A stretch of 55,222 nucleotides of DNA, counting the filler, from Sphacelaria rigidula (lineage: Eukaryota): NCBI GenBank assembly GCA_964200075.2. It is 6 parts of 6 records of this genome, joined end to end, with 100 filler letters (N's around TTAATTAATTAA, not from the genome) between each part and the next. Parts side by side here need not be neighbours in the genome. Positions count along the whole stretch, not along the records: positions 1 to 9,121 come from CAXNAA020009251.1; positions 9,222 to 18,342 come from CAXNAA020009252.1; 4 more parts are not named here. One strand, 5' to 3'. Shown piece after piece: positions 1 through 13,010 of the stretch (its first letter is position 1; each line of letters starts with the position of its first letter). The position numbers and the translations under genes were made by a program. The notes below the pieces were generated by a model that made no database searches, was not told the origin of the DNA, and was given only the letters and a program-made list of their open reading frames with translations.

Positions 1-136
1 TTACGTCTCGAAAGGGATGCGTGGTCAATGGTCACACGACCAAGGCAAGCAACAAATGAGTACGCCCCGCCCCTCCCCCCCCCCTCCAAGATTCAAGATT
101 TACACAAACAGTGTTACAACATTATACAGTACATAC

Positions 137-845
137 CTGATCCCCCGCCTTATCCACGGCCAAACCCTCTACGGCCACCGAGCGCAGCCGGACCGACTCC
201 ACGGCACCGTAGGCCTTGAACACGGTCTTGACCTTTTTCACCGTGAACGACACCGGCAAGTTCCCGACAAACACAGTCCGCTCTTCCTTCTCGAGCTCCT
301 CCTTCTCCTGTCGCGAGGTCTTCTGATTCTGCTCCCGCTTGCTTCCAGAACTTAGCACCGCCGCCGCCGCCCTCAGCGCCCTGCTTCTCGCATCCTCACC
401 ATCCTCAGCACCGTCAATATCCTTACCACCCTCCTCTCCCTTAGCACCACCATCGCGCTTCTTGTTTGATTCCTTCCCTCCCTGAAGAGACGACTGCGGC
501 CGTAACCCTCGGCCATTCTCAGTCTTTACACCCTTTGTCGCCGCACCTATTGACTCTTGTTCTTCCTCGTCCGAGGTATCGTCATCTCCCATTCCCGCGA
601 TTTCGCTTTCTGGTTCGCTGTCAGAATCCGGCTCTTCGTCTTCATTCCCGTCATATTCCGGTTCGTCGCCGCTGTTGTCGTCGTCCGCTTCTGCCTCTGC
701 TGACTCACGATCTCGGTCATTTTCCATCTTTTTTGCTCCCTCGTTTTGGTTTTTATCCGCCAGCTCTTGACCGTTGTCCTTGGCCCCGGCCGTGGGTGCA
801 TTGTTGCCGGTGTTCGCTGCTTGCTTTTTAGCCTCCAGCTCGAGC
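137..845 (-). CDS. RBM34: RBM34/Nop12-like nucleolar RRM protein, exon 4 (acidic linker plus start of RRM1); gene continues beyond the contig end
   Basis: Translation ends ...EKEERTVFVGNLPVSFTVKKVKTVFKAYGAVESVRLRSVAVEG..., with RNP2 VFVGNL and the 'ESVRxRS' motif typical of RBM34/Nop12. Acceptor tccag|G at 846, donor CAG|gtatgt at 136; phase fits exon 3. Confidence 0.85.
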
Positions 846-1262
846 CTGGACAAACGTGTGTGTACGTGTTGCACATCTTCGCCATGTTCCATTGTCAATC
901 TCCAAGATATCAGTATTTAGCCTGCTTGAGAGGCTGATGATACTGACGCCCATGGGTTGGTTTTGTCGCAGAATCTACCACTAACCTATACAAGACCAAC
1001 TTCAAGTCACATGGAAGGTGAAAGAAAAAAAACGAAGCAAATGGACGAGCACACATGAACGATAACTCCCCATGACAGAGATAAAAAACAGACGAAGAGG
1101 ACGCATCTACACAAAAGTCCCGAAATATCACCAGCAGTAATACCACAAATATCGACGGAGGAAGTCGCGAACGACAGCAAGTCAACCATGCACAAAACCG
1201 AGTACTAACGTAAAAATAGTAGCTATTAGGATGTGCTTATATCGTCGTCTATTGCAACCGAC

Positions 1263-1387
1263 CTGTCATTCTCTGCCTGCTGCGCTTCCCTCAGCTTGGC
1301 CTTTTTGTTCTTCTTTTTCCCGGCGTTCGCTCTCGCCTCTTCTGCCTTCCTCTCGCGCTCGCGAGCTTCCTCTGTGATACGCATAAC
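1263..1387 (-). CDS. RBM34: RBM34-like protein, exon 3
   Basis: tacag|GTTATG...GACAG|gtcggt; encodes VMRITEEARERERKAEEARANAGKKKNKKAKLREAQQAENDR; 125 nt, phase 0 to 2, joins exons 2 and 4 in frame. Confidence 0.8.
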
Positions 1388-1449
1388 CTGTACATGAAAG
1401 GATCAGCGTCGCCGCCGCGAAAAAGACGCGGCACAGCGCAAAACAGTAG

Positions 1450-1757
1450 AGGTTACCGGCGTTGGGCTACAAATGCCCATGGTTGTTGATATTACTAGAA
1501 TTGAGTGTGAAGAACAAGAATTGGAATTTTAGTGGGGGCTGACTGTCCCGTGTGCTCCTCGCATGCGCACAATGCGTTATCGCTGAAATCGGCGCCGATT
1601 TGGGGTCTTCCGAGGCCGCACCTTGCCTAAGGTATGTATGTACCACCCTTGACCGAGGGCTCTCGGTATGCGTTGGGTTAGGACTAGGGTGTTGGGGGTA
1701 GCGATACTTGTAAAATTGTGTCAACCATGGGCGTTTGTAGCTCAACGCCGGTAACCT
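1450..1757. mobile_element. MITE, ~36-bp TIR, 2-bp TSD (AG), in an RBM34 intron
   Basis: Left end aggttaccggcgttgggctacaaatgcccatggttg; right end caaccatgggcgtttgtagctcaacgccggtaacct; AG on both flanks; internal gggttaggactagggt motif. Confidence 0.8.
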
Positions 1758-2325
1758 AGCCTCGCGCAAAAACACCGGTGGGTGTACTCATGGTCTTGGA
1801 GGTGATGGAGGGGACAGGGGTAGCAATCGGCGGCATGAGGATGTATAGGATGACTCGCCATGAATCGCACACGGAGAGAGAGCGAAAAAGAGAGAGTAAC
1901 GAAGCAACACTCATGTGTGCAAGGTCGGACAGTGACCTCTCGCGGACACTATTAAGTGATATGGCGCATAATCTCTGATGTAGCCTTGACGGCGACGTCA
2001 GTCCCTACCCACCCAAGAACACACACAGTAGGAAAAACATAATATGAGCACACCGAAGGAGGGGCAACGAGAAAAATTCTGGACAACCACTTAGATGTGG
2101 TATCGCCGACAAGAGCAGCCGGCAAGGAAACGGAAACCTGTCATCGTAAATTCATCCCACACCAGACATCGAAGTCAATACCGAACAAGGCGACGACTGC
2201 AGGACGACAACCAACCAAAAATAATTAAAAAACGGACCGGGCCGGACCAGACTGCCCAGAAATAGAACACCTTTTCCCTGAAGAAGTAAAGATCATCGTC
2301 TCCCCCCCCCCCCACAAGAAAATAC

Positions 2326-2664
2326 CTCAGCGGCGTCGGCTTCCTTATCCGCTCTTTCCTTCCTCTTGTATTTCTTCCGATTCTTGTCGGAAAACAGCGA
2401 AGATAGGGCTTCGTCAACCACAACCGTCGTCCCTTCACCTCCGCTCGCCGCTCCTTCCGCGCCGGCGGTATCACGTCTTACCCCCGCTGATTCGGCCGCC
2501 GAAACCGCTGCCGGCGCCTGCGCCACCGACGGAGGTGAGCTGTTGTCGTCGCCGACCTCGCCATCGCTCTTGCGTCGCGACTTCTTCTTTTTCTTCTTCT
2601 TGCTGGAAGAGTTGTTATCGCTGTTAGGCGTTGATTCTGAGTTCGGTGTTGAATTTGCCTCTGG
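2326..2664 (-). CDS. RBM34: RBM34-like protein, exon 2 (Lys-rich, NLS-like)
   Basis: atccag|CCAGAG...GCTGAG|gtattt; 339 nt; PEANSTPN...SSSKKKKKKKSRRK...LSSLFSDKNRKKYKRKERADKEADAAE. Confidence 0.78.
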
Positions 2665-2855
2665 CTGGATTGGCCGATATATAGGGCGTAAGGAGGGCAC
2701 CGAAGTGTCGGGAGCAAAGGGAGTTGCAAATGTTAAGGGTGTGAGATGGGCGATGATCGGTGTATAGTCGCTGGGGGTTACACTACAGTGGAGTACGGTG
2801 AAGTCGTAGTGGTTTCGGGGGGGGAGGGGGTATTCTTGTACGGAGGACGACGAAC

Positions 2856-2969
2856 CGTGATTCCAGCGAAATGAACTGTGGCCTCGTAACGGCCTGAAAA
2901 TAAGACTCCGGCGGCCGTCGGCGCCAACGAGCCCCCCGGAGGCAGAAAATTTCGAGCGTTATACTCCAT
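2856..2969 (-). CDS. RBM34: RBM34-like protein, probable exon 1
   Basis: caaaATGG start context; MEYNARNFLPPGGSLAPTAAGVLFSGRYEATVHFAGIT; donor ACG|gttcgt is phase 0, compatible with exon 2. The donor choice is uncertain. Confidence 0.55.
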
Positions 2970-5900
2970 TTTGAAAAATGTTGCTTTCGTTTCTGATACG
3001 TTGACGGCTCTCCAAAATATTGGATTTTACACGAGCGATATCAAAACTTGATGCACAAATACCTGGCACAGTTTTTGAGACAATATTTGTTTCTTCTTGA
3101 AACAAAGTTGCAAAATTTACCCTTCAGATTTTCATGTTTGCAAATACGGGACTGCCTGCACGTTTGAAGGGAATTACTGCTGCAGCCGGACAACAGGGAG
3201 CATGTTTGTCGTGGTGTGTTTCCAGGTGTTTGAATTCGAAGATTTTTTCACGATCAGACTTGCTGCGAGGTGATGATGTGTTGATTGACATCACACCTCT
3301 ACGACGGCAGTAAACCATTGCAACTCCGCCGAATGAGCACCCTCAAGTCTCAAAGCATTCGGCGCCCCCTGATCTAATTCGGCGCCGTGCCGGCTATTGG
3401 CAACATTTTTTTGGGGCGGCGCAAGGGTACATATCAGAAAGTGAAAACGACGCCAATGTTCTATAATACGGTGACCGAAATGGAAGAGAAATAAGGGTCT
3501 TGTTTTTTTCACGAGTTTAATAACACCCCCCCTGATACTTGGTTGTAGAGTATCCCCCGCCGCGCCGCCCCGCCCCACCCCCCAGGCCGGTATCACCGAG
3601 CAGCCCCGTGCTCCTTCTTGCCGTGGTGTGCGNNNNNNNNNNAAGAGTAACAACGGCCTCGTTTCTTTCACAACGTTAAACACACCCCCCCCCCTTATTG
3701 TTTTTTGACCACCCCCCCCCCCCCCCCCCGCCTCAAGGCCCCAGAGAGGGTATATATGCGCAGATTTTTTTTCGTACACCCTTGGGTGGCGCGCCGAAAA
3801 GGCTTGAAACTCGGTGCGCTGCCGCAGCGCGGCACCTATTCCAGGCGATGCTTTGAAACCACCAGCGCGTGCAGCTTCGGGATTTTTCGAGTTACTTCAC
3901 GTCTGATGAAAAGACAAATCTGATCACTGTACCGGGTGCAGGGCTAGGGCAAAGCATCACAACCGGCCGGCACCTGTTGCCGACAAACGCCTGCTGTGGA
4001 GAGCGAAGCAAATGGCCGACACGGGTCGTGTCGCTTTCTCAGCGCTCAGGACAGTCAGTGTACCGCCGGAACATACTGCGCTGCGAACCGGCCACACTTG
4101 TAGTGCCGTCCCATGTACAACCGAATGATGGGCGCATCGATGGCCAACCAACAGCGCTGCCGAATATTTACTGCGGTACAGATACACGCGCAAATTGACG
4201 ACACCTCACAGGTTACCCGCTCAGTTGGGCGTAACACAAAATGCAACGCAACCATACTATTAATAGAGCACATGCAGAGCTCAGTCTGATCTGCGCCCAT
4301 GTTGAGGCTGCTGACCATTGGTGACAATTTTCAACCTCATCTTTCGTCGAAAGTGGTACACGTCCCGACAGGATTCATTCAGCACACATAACTTCTCGGC
4401 AGCTCACAGTTTTCTTCTGAAGGAAATCGAGGTTTGAAACCTAAAGCGTATTGCCCGAGGGCATGGGGGTGTTATATTCCGTCATGTAAGCTTAAGGAGA
4501 GGTGGGCCACCCACAAATATCTCCGACATTGGTGCTGTTGTACCCACACTATGCTGCAGTTCCTACCCTTGACTGTTTCAACCCATCGGATAAGCTATCC
4601 CTAGGAGAACATCTTCGCACCCCCGATTGACGCATATACCCGCTGCCAAGCGTGCTCCGACGTGCCATTACGCCACAGCTACCGTAAACAACTCACGGCC
4701 GCAGAGTACATGTACAACTGACAGTCCCGCGGACACACCAGAACGCTATACTGATGGCTTACCTTCGATAGTTTCGTTGTTCCCTCCAAAAGCAGGGAGG
4801 AGAGCATTCCAGGGCGATATTCATCAGTGACTGGCATGATTGCGAGTTGCAGGGCCTGTAGTCCGCAGGAACTCTAGTACATAACGTGCCTGCTGCACTA
4901 GATTGCGGGGGGTTGCTTTTTAAGGTCATGAAAACATATGTGTTTTTATAATCGATATTTGAATGACTTCTCCAATCCGTTGCCATGCACAGCACATTTC
5001 TTGTAGCAGAACAGCTTGTGGAAAATAAAGAGCTCTGATTTTTATTCATGAATCAAAAGAACACTTCTCAGTTTTAAGACCAGTTCCACTGTCTGTTCAT
5101 GTCAAGTGCCCGCGTAATCCGTGGGGTAATTGTTGTTTGTTGTTCTCTTCACATGATGGAGTGATATAATTTCACGATTACTCGCGTAAAGATGAAGATG
5201 ATTACAGTATGGCAATAAAGCGGCCAACGGGAGTTGCCCCCACAAGCAAATGTGACGAAAAATTAAAATCCTGTCTCCGTACTTGTACAGAGTGTTGGTT
5301 AACTATTGAGGAGGGATATGACGGGAGGAGCGATGGCCGACGAGAAGATCGACAGGACTAAGGTCAGTCCCCACGAAATCCACCAATTTATTTAACATGA
5401 GTGCAACATATTTGAATCCATTGACACCTTTTCTCTCCTGCTGAATCTAGGTAGCCCCTTACCGACTGTACGGTGTTGTTCAGCCCCTCGAAGCAGCTGT
5501 CCAAGGCAGCATGCCGTAGCGATCCTAGTACAGGTAGAATATCTTGGTGTCTGATTGATCTCATTCACTCCTCGAGATCGTTCAAATATTATGAATTCGA
5601 TGGGAGAAGATGAGTATTCGCGATTGATAAAGATCTACTAGGGGTTGTTGGAGGGAGTGTTATACCCCGTCATTGACGATACGATGCCCCCCCTGCGCAG
5701 TGGTGGGACTGTATCCATTCGAATCGGAAGAGTCCAGTGCCCGATTAAGCAGCAGAAACAACACGACTCACCTGTTACATAGTTGGTACCGTGCAAGAGA
5801 GTAAAGCGCGGTGCAGTGTATAAACCGGGTTGCATATTACCGACATATCTGGGCACGCGGGTATCATGGGAACTGTGGGCACGAGAGGCTACAGATCGAC

Positions 5901-6704
5901 CCTACAACAGCTAATAGGAACACGAGTATGTGGAGGGTGGTAGCTTTAAAAAAAATGAACGATACGCATGAGTCAGGCATTTGGAGCCACAGAGCATGCG
6001 ATACGTTGTCATTGAGGATGTTCCTTGCAAAAACAGGTGGGGGCTGTTCGGCTTGGGGGTTAGGGTCACCGGCGTTGTAGGTCAGCCGGCGATTTTGTTC
6101 CGAAAATTGGTGTGGCGTAACAACGTGTTTCTTCTATTATAGAGCCGTGAAAATGAATATTAATAGTTCGCCTGACACTCGGTGAAAGAATACGATAAGT
6201 TAGTTGAGAGTGCCTTGATCCTGTGTGTGAATACATTTGGATTTCAGTAAGTTGCTTAGGGTACACTTCAAGCTTGTAGATATGGGCCAGACATCGACCA
6301 AGCGACGCGGCGAAGAATGGTTGTGCACGACTGTTAAACAAAGATACCCAGGTGGTAAGATCGCACTTTTGAGGTTCGTGTTTAGACGTCATGTTCTGGA
6401 TGTGTCGATCTTTTACGTTGTAAAAAACGTTCTTCAGTTTCTTGCACGTACAGCAAAAAGCTATCCCAATCAAGCTCGGGCGTTTGATGAGATGCGCGGT
6501 AGCAATCGGTCAACTTGAAACTTCAGCGTTTGAGATGGAACACGGTTGCAGATTATCAGGTTGAGACGTGTGCATTTGGCGTTTTCGACGGTAGCCGAAA
6601 CCTGTTTGGCTGTTTGAATGCTATTGTAAACTACTTTGAGATAGGTGCACGTCGGTTTCACCGTGTGATATCGCGTCAATTGGGTCCTGTTGGATACAAA
6701 GCTG

Positions 6705-6908
6705 CAAGGGCAGGTCGAGTAGAGTATACTCAGTTGCGGGGTATTTTGAAAGACGTACTTGAGGTACTCGAATTAGGGTAGAGTATTAGGAGTCGAACCA
6801 GAAAAAAAACTGGGGAGCGATCCCTAAAACCCTACCCCCAATTTGTGTACTTTAAGTACGGCTTTCAAAATACCCCGCATTTGAGTATACTCTACTTGAC
6901 CTCCCTTG
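6705..6908. mobile_element. 204-bp MITE with CAAGGG termini and 8-bp TSD (hAT/P-like); same family as 18968-20291
   Basis: TIR caagggcaggtcgagtagagtatactca / tgagtatactctacttgacctcccttg; flanks caaagctg / gaaagctg (7/8). Confidence 0.8.
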
Positions 6909-8393
6909 GAAAGCTGTTGTCTCCTTGACCGCGAGGGTGGCTCATATGAGTCATGCATCAATATTTCAGGTAAAATGAATGCCAATTCAACAGATGACCT
7001 ATGCTGGCGGTTAAAGGGTTACGTGTAAATCGATCGCCGTAGCAACGGATGTATCTATATCCGTGAGGGGCAAGACATTCGAGAGTACGTTTCTGCGTCC
7101 AACCTGCGTAAGCACGCGATTCAGCAATGCGGATAGTTGTTGCTGTCTCGACATAAAAACAAAAAATCCGGCAGTTAGAACCAAGATATCAATCAAGCTG
7201 CAGCCATACACTAGATGTTCGCAGAAGAAGGTTTACCGGATCACTGAGAGAACGGTCGAGCTACAAGCGTCAGGGCCCATCCCGATAGACTCCGCCAACA
7301 ACGTCGCAGCGGTCACCAAGGGCCAAGATTGAGTAGAACGCCAAAGGAAAGTTTAAGATTGGTCTTGAATCTTTCGGGGCTTACTCGCGGGGGCAGCAGG
7401 ACGCGATCTCAACATGATTCTATGCGGAGGCGTCGCCCCTACACCGACAGCAATCAGCATGGCTACAGGCGCACAACTTCAAGACCGCTAACGGAAATAT
7501 TGTTGAGCATTCTCCTCACGACGACTAGTGCACCACAAAGAGTCCCTCTGAGCGCATGAGTTCAAGGTTGGTTCATGGCTGGGCGCACGGAGGGTGGGTG
7601 CCCAAGAGTAGAACTCAGTGGACACCAATTCCTGCTTCGGAAACATGCTTGTGCTGGGGAGAGATGGGTTGGTGCCTTGAGACCACGGACTCGTCCAGAG
7701 GAAGAGGAGGGGTTCAAGGTGTGACGAATGAAAATAAGAAACACAACCGGACGTCAACTCCGCAGGTTCGATCACTAGGTCGTCTCCGGTGGCATTCAGT
7801 GCCGAGGATGGCGCTGAGATATGGTCCCGTCGACCTAGACGCATCAACGACACGATCGCGAGATAAGAGGCGAGAGGAGTGCCCCACGACGAAGACCGGC
7901 CTTCTTACCCCATGCGTGAGGTCAGCAAGCGTTCCCGAAAAACCGCATCTTGAGGAAAAAAACTACGCTGCCACCGCCGGCTGGTTGGGGGACGCAGGAA
8001 TAGCAGATTTCCTTGTTGCTTCAGTCGGTGGTCATCGTGTGCCCTCAAGTTTTCTCGTGCTCATTCGAGCTTGCTGGTGCCTTCTTTGTGGGTGCTGCTT
8101 CGTGTTGGGTAGTGCATCCCAAATATGGTGGCGAAGAAGGCCCAGTGTTCCATAAATCGAGTCCCCTACTGGGAGAATGTCGCATGTCGCCCTTTCGTTA
8201 CTTCGATTGCTATGTCGACATTACGCTATTTATGCCCCCATGAAGACCTGCAGCGCTCATCATCGTGTGTGAACAACCTTGTTGCATCGTGGCATCACTT
8301 ATGCGGGCACGCTTCGCCAAAATAGCCTGCTACATTGCGGATTGGCAGCTTGTTCGACCTAACCTCTTCCGATGTGACTAGTTTAGCACCAAC

Positions 8394-8456
<63 letters not shown>

Positions 8457-8692
8457 CGGGGGGGGGGGGGGGGGGGGGGAGAGAGGGCTACGNNNNNNNN
8501 NNCCTGTTACTTTGGGCATGGGCAGTTTTTTCGCCCTACCCCCTCCCGATGTGCCTATTTTACCACCAACACCCCCCCCCCCCCCCCCGAGCCTGGTCCG
8601 GCGAAACCCCGGCGTGCTCCGTCCCGGCTTTGTAGGGATGCCGAGGTCAATGATCATACGACTACGGCTTTGATTGATTGATTAATTGATTA

Positions 8693-9121
8693 TCTTATTT
8701 ATTAATAGCGTAATGTCGCTGGCTCCCACACTGCCAACGCGAGTGTGTCCGGTTTACCCATAATGTAGCCAAGACACTAATGATCCTTATCGGAACAATA
8801 TTTTGTACCAGACTCAGACTGAAGAGGACACAATTGCCACTCCTCTCTGACGTCCTGTAGAACCAGGCTATTGAATTATGGCTAAGATCAGGATCACTTT
8901 TTGCTCTCGGCCATTTCTGTTCAAAGCCTCCACGTGTGTGAGACGCGTCATGTTGATACCTGCCGCACTGCTGCCACGTGCGTCAGCCGTGGCTCACCAC
9001 TAGTCTTATTTATTAATAGCGTAATGTCGCCAGATCCCACACTGCCAACCAGTACGAGGGTGTCCGTTTTACCCATACTGTAGCCAAGACACAAATGATC
9101 CTTTTCGGAACAGTAGTTTGT
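8693..9121. repeat. Direct repeat, ~120-bp homologous block at ~311-bp period, truncated by the contig end
   Basis: tcttatttattaatagcgtaatgtcgc...cccacactgccaac...tttacccata.tgtagccaagacac.aatgatcctt.tcggaaca at 8693 and 9004. Confidence 0.75.
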
Positions 9122-9221
9122 NNNNNNNNNNNNNNNNNNNNNNNNNNNNNNNNNNNNNNNNNNNNTTAATTAATTAANNNNNNNNNNNNNNNNNNNNNNN
9201 NNNNNNNNNNNNNNNNNNNNN
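9122..9221. other. Artificial contig linker N44-TTAATTAATTAA-N44 (also at 18343-18442, 27564-27663, 36784-36883, 46004-46103)
   Basis: Identical 100-bp spacer containing a six-frame stop cassette recurs every ~9220 bp. Confidence 0.97.
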
Positions 9222-9429
9222 CTTCGGCTTCATGCACGAGAACGCAGTACCACACTCATGCAAAAAATGACCGTCTGTGTACAGAACCGTTTCACAAATC
9301 TGTGATACTGTACCGTCTGTGCCATAAAATGGTCACCCCGATTTTGAGTACACGAATTTGAGTCCCCCCGATTTTTTTTCAAAATCGGGGTCCAAAAATA
9401 TCGGGATTCGTTCGCCATAAAAGTGGGTC
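9222..9429. mobile_element. Right end of the TIR element family also seen at 34586-35465
   Basis: Closely matches ~35260-35465 (cttcggctt.atgcacgag...cacaaatctgtgatactgta...aaaagtgggtc). Confidence 0.75.
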
Positions 9430-9611
9430 TGAGTGTGCCATTTCTCTCCACTGAAGACAATCTACTGCACGCTGGTGATGCCTTTACCTAGTGGTCAACA
9501 ACAACAACAACAACAACACGACAGGCAGTTTGAAGCTATGCTGGCAGCACATGAGGGGCCAGGCAGGCGGTGTAGACCACGAGCAGACTACAGAACAACT
9601 TATTTGTCCCA

Positions 9612-9850
9612 TGCAATCTATGGTTGATTCCCCATGACCAAAATGAGTCGTGGGGGTAGACAGTCAAAAAGTCCAATATAGTCCACCCGAACCGGAACAA
9701 GAGCGCTCATTTTGACGACCGTGACTGGTCAGAATAGGCATCCCGCGCCTCTCGGGCCTCGTGCACGGCTCATAACTTTCCGCGGGAAACTTCCAAACAC
9801 ACATGGTTGACTCCGTGAGCTTCTCCGATGCTCTGCGTACAGACCCCCTC
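9612..9850. repeat. Dispersed repeat; second copy in opposite orientation at ~15597-15820
   Basis: catgaccaaaatga...gctcattttgacg.ccgtga.tggtcagaat...ccgcgggaaactt...acacatggttgac matches the reverse complement of 15597-15820. Confidence 0.75.
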
Positions 9851-10071
9851 ACCCCCCCCCCTCCCTAGCACTGGAAACCCCGGATGTCTCGGGACTCAGC
9901 CTGTAAAACTGTTCTGAGGCGACGCTCGCTGCCAAAGGGTTGAACCCGTGTCTAGGCTGAACCAGCTCGTATGAAGCTGTTTCATTATTACTACTCTGTG
10001 TTTGCGCACACAACTCCACCCGGACTAGGTCTTCTTTTTGTTCGTGTATTCGTCCGTTTTCGTCAGCAGTA

Positions 10072-11347
10072 CAGGTCGCGAACGCCTCCAGAGCCAAATT
10101 CACAGAAAAAAAAAGAAATTGAAATGCTGAGCACACGAAACAACAGACGTACTCCGCAGAAGCAGCTCACAGCAGGGCTGTAAGATGGAACAACAGTTTT
10201 CTCTTGTTGTAGGGCAGGATACCACAACCGTAGGCGGTGATGAGTTCTCTGCTCGATACTACCGGGAATCTTGGAGTGAGTCGTTTTCTCTTGGAGCACT
10301 TGCTTCTCCAAGGCAATTTCTCAAAGAGCAAAAATGCTGATGGTTGCTGCGGCGTCGTGGACAACAGGACATCAGCTCAGTTTTCGAATAAATGTGACCC
10401 CGCCATGTGTGTGTGCGATTACGTAACGACAACCGGCCACGCCCGCCGCAGCCTGTGCACGTGAAACAGTAGTGTATCCGGGCAGATAACGACCTTTAGA
10501 TGGACATGACCGTATACACGCAAAGGGGAGTGAACTTGTGAAATCACACCATAATTGTACTACAAGTACCGTTGTCTGCTGTTTGCCGTGCGGACTGTAC
10601 ACTCTGTACAGCGGACAACAGACAACAGTAGTACAGTACAGTAGTAATGAGCGTGGTGTCTTGTACAACAGCAGTGCAAAAGTATGATATATCGATATTG
10701 CTCTCGATAGCAAGCAGCTGATGCATACTGCACAGTCATACAGTCCGTGTCGTTAGAGCATCCATAAAATCAAGCATGCGCTGTGCTTGGCTGGCTAAGA
10801 ACTCAAGACGACTGTTGGCTCGTCATTATCAATATCGAGCAGACAGCTCATCGCCGCCGACGTCTGTGATCTCCTGCCCTACAACAAGATCCTTGCTTTA
10901 CTGCCCTGCTGTGGAGTGCGATCAGACAAACTGTTGTTTCGTGTGTGCACAAAAGTATTTGGATTTGAGGTTGGGTTCGTCATGAAGCTCGGAAATGGTT
11001 TGTCTAACCATTAACCATTAAAATGGTACATGATGGTTAGGTCATCGAGCGGCGCAGCCGCGAGCCAAAAAGCCCACACCCCGGCAGAGGGGGCCCGCCG
11101 GAGGCACTTTTCTACGCGATTTGGCTTCACCAGACCTGAAAAATACGTCAAATTTGGGGCAATTTTGAAGGGCTGTGTGTAGCATACGTGGTCGGTAACG
11201 GTAAATACTGGTTTGAAACCATTTATCCAAAATGTTCGTATAACCATTATCATCATGAACATTGAAATGATGATGGCCAGTTGTAAGTAGTACCATTCTC
11301 GAGCTCTAGTTTGTCGTGTATTTGGTTCCGGAGGCGCTCTTGACCTG
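10072..11347. mobile_element. Non-autonomous Tc1/mariner-like element (TA TSD, ~28-bp TIR)
   Basis: TA|caggtcgcgaacgcctccagagccaaat ... atttggttccggaggcgctcttgacctg|TA. Confidence 0.72.
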
Positions 11348-13010
11348 TACGCTCTTATTTGCATACCCCACCTGCAAGTAGGTCACGCCGACAAAGCCGA
11401 ACAAGGCAGAATGGTACAGGACAAGGCAGTACAATGCACAACAGTACAGTTCTGTAGAGTGTCATCTTCTCTCTCTCCCCCGTTGAGTTCCTTCCCATTG
11501 CTCCCATTGTCTATGGGTATCACCATGGGCCGGATTACATTAGACCTTCCGAAAGAGAGGACTCGTGCTCCCCCCAGCTCTGAAAGTGAACCCTTGGGCC
11601 TCCACGGTGGGTCATCTGGGTCATGTTCACATTTCAAGTCAAATCGTGCCCATTCAATATATGCGAAACACAACAGTGAAGCTTCGTGCCAGCGCAGGGA
11701 TGATGAACAGACTGTCGGTCGCACGTGGCGGTAAAGGTAGACTGAAGACTACATAACTAACAAACAGAAAGGCACAAAACAGTCAGCATGGTGTTGTCTG
11801 TTTCAGTACACACCGTTCTCTTTTACGTGGAGCCTCAGAGTGGCTGGGTTTACAAGCAGGAAATCTTCCCTGTTACTACTACAGTAGTGCATTATACCTT
11901 TGCACACCTGTAGTCACGGAAGCAAATTCACTCCGATCCAGACCTCTTCCACCATCTTGCCCGGCCTTCCTCGCGTCGGCGTGGTTTTATTTCATTTGCT
12001 CTTGTTGGGGACGGTGGCTTGTTCAGCAGAGTCCATCGGTAGGACGGCTAGATCACAGATGTCCTCGTCGGCCACGAGTGCGATTCGAGCGCGATGTTTC
12101 GCGTTGTGTGTTGTGTGCTTCAAATCAAAATGTATGTTTGGTAAACCTTGCTTTCCGGGAACTTCCCGCGCTCGGCACACCAAGCGGCAAAAAGTATTTT
12201 TTTTCGCAAAGTTTCATGAAACGCTTGAAGAGATGAAAAGAAAGGAAGCATGCGTGTCAGGACTGTGGACGTGCATGTGGCGCCTGAACAGGGAGGGCGT
12301 CGCTTGAACGCACGATTTGCTCGTGTCAGAGGTCTAGTTTCAAATCAAGTGTATGCCTATGGAAAAAAGGAAACGAGAATGACTTGTCCGTGGTTGGTAG
12401 GATTTCGTCGAACCCGGACAAAATTCGGGGTTCAACACCTCCCCGATTAGCACCCCACAGTTGCACCCCGTCAACCGTACAAGATGGCTCTACTACTACA
12501 GTGCCGGCCCGTTCGTGTTCGGGTCCAACTTGTACACAAGCGATCGAGAGTGTCAACTGCCATTGGCGGCATTATGTCTCTGCCGTTTTGCCCGTCATGC
12601 CTTCACATCTCGTCACCTTTGGCTCACGAGTACTACAGTACTCACTCGACTTCGCTGTTCGAACCTCTCTATGTTCGTTTTGTCCCCTCACGGTCGTACA
12701 GGAGCAAAATGAAGATCGAAACGTCACATAGATGTGCACCTTGGGGTTGCGGAGAGTTCCTCGCAGTCGCACGGGTGCACCATGACAACGGGAACGTCAC
12801 ATTAATTTAACACAATGTGGTAACTCGATCAATCACGAAGCTCGAAAAGTGAGGTACAAATGGCAACATGAAGGACAAGCCTCTATAACTCCACCATACT
12901 AGTTTGGGAAATACGTGTCATGTTTTCGCGTGCATCTCCCTCTTTGTCACAACTGAGTCAAGCCATCCCCGCTCTGGGCAGGTTTTCTTTGGGCAGATGC
13001 GTGGTATTCG

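Noticed and set aside
3800..7500. Degenerate coding or viral remnant, or Fanzor/TnpB
   Set aside because: Only short ORFs; no RuvC, DDE, RT or other motif could be recognised.
8396..8502. Poly-C then poly-G run giving poly-Pro/poly-Gly ORFs or a G-quadruplex
   Set aside because: Homopolymers next to a gap; most likely low-quality assembly.
9166..9177. TTAATTAATTAA as a biological motif
   Set aside because: It is centred in fixed N runs five times, so it is an artificial linker.
10212..10274. AG/GT-bounded candidate exon
   Set aside because: It lies inside the 10072-11347 transposon and has no homology support.
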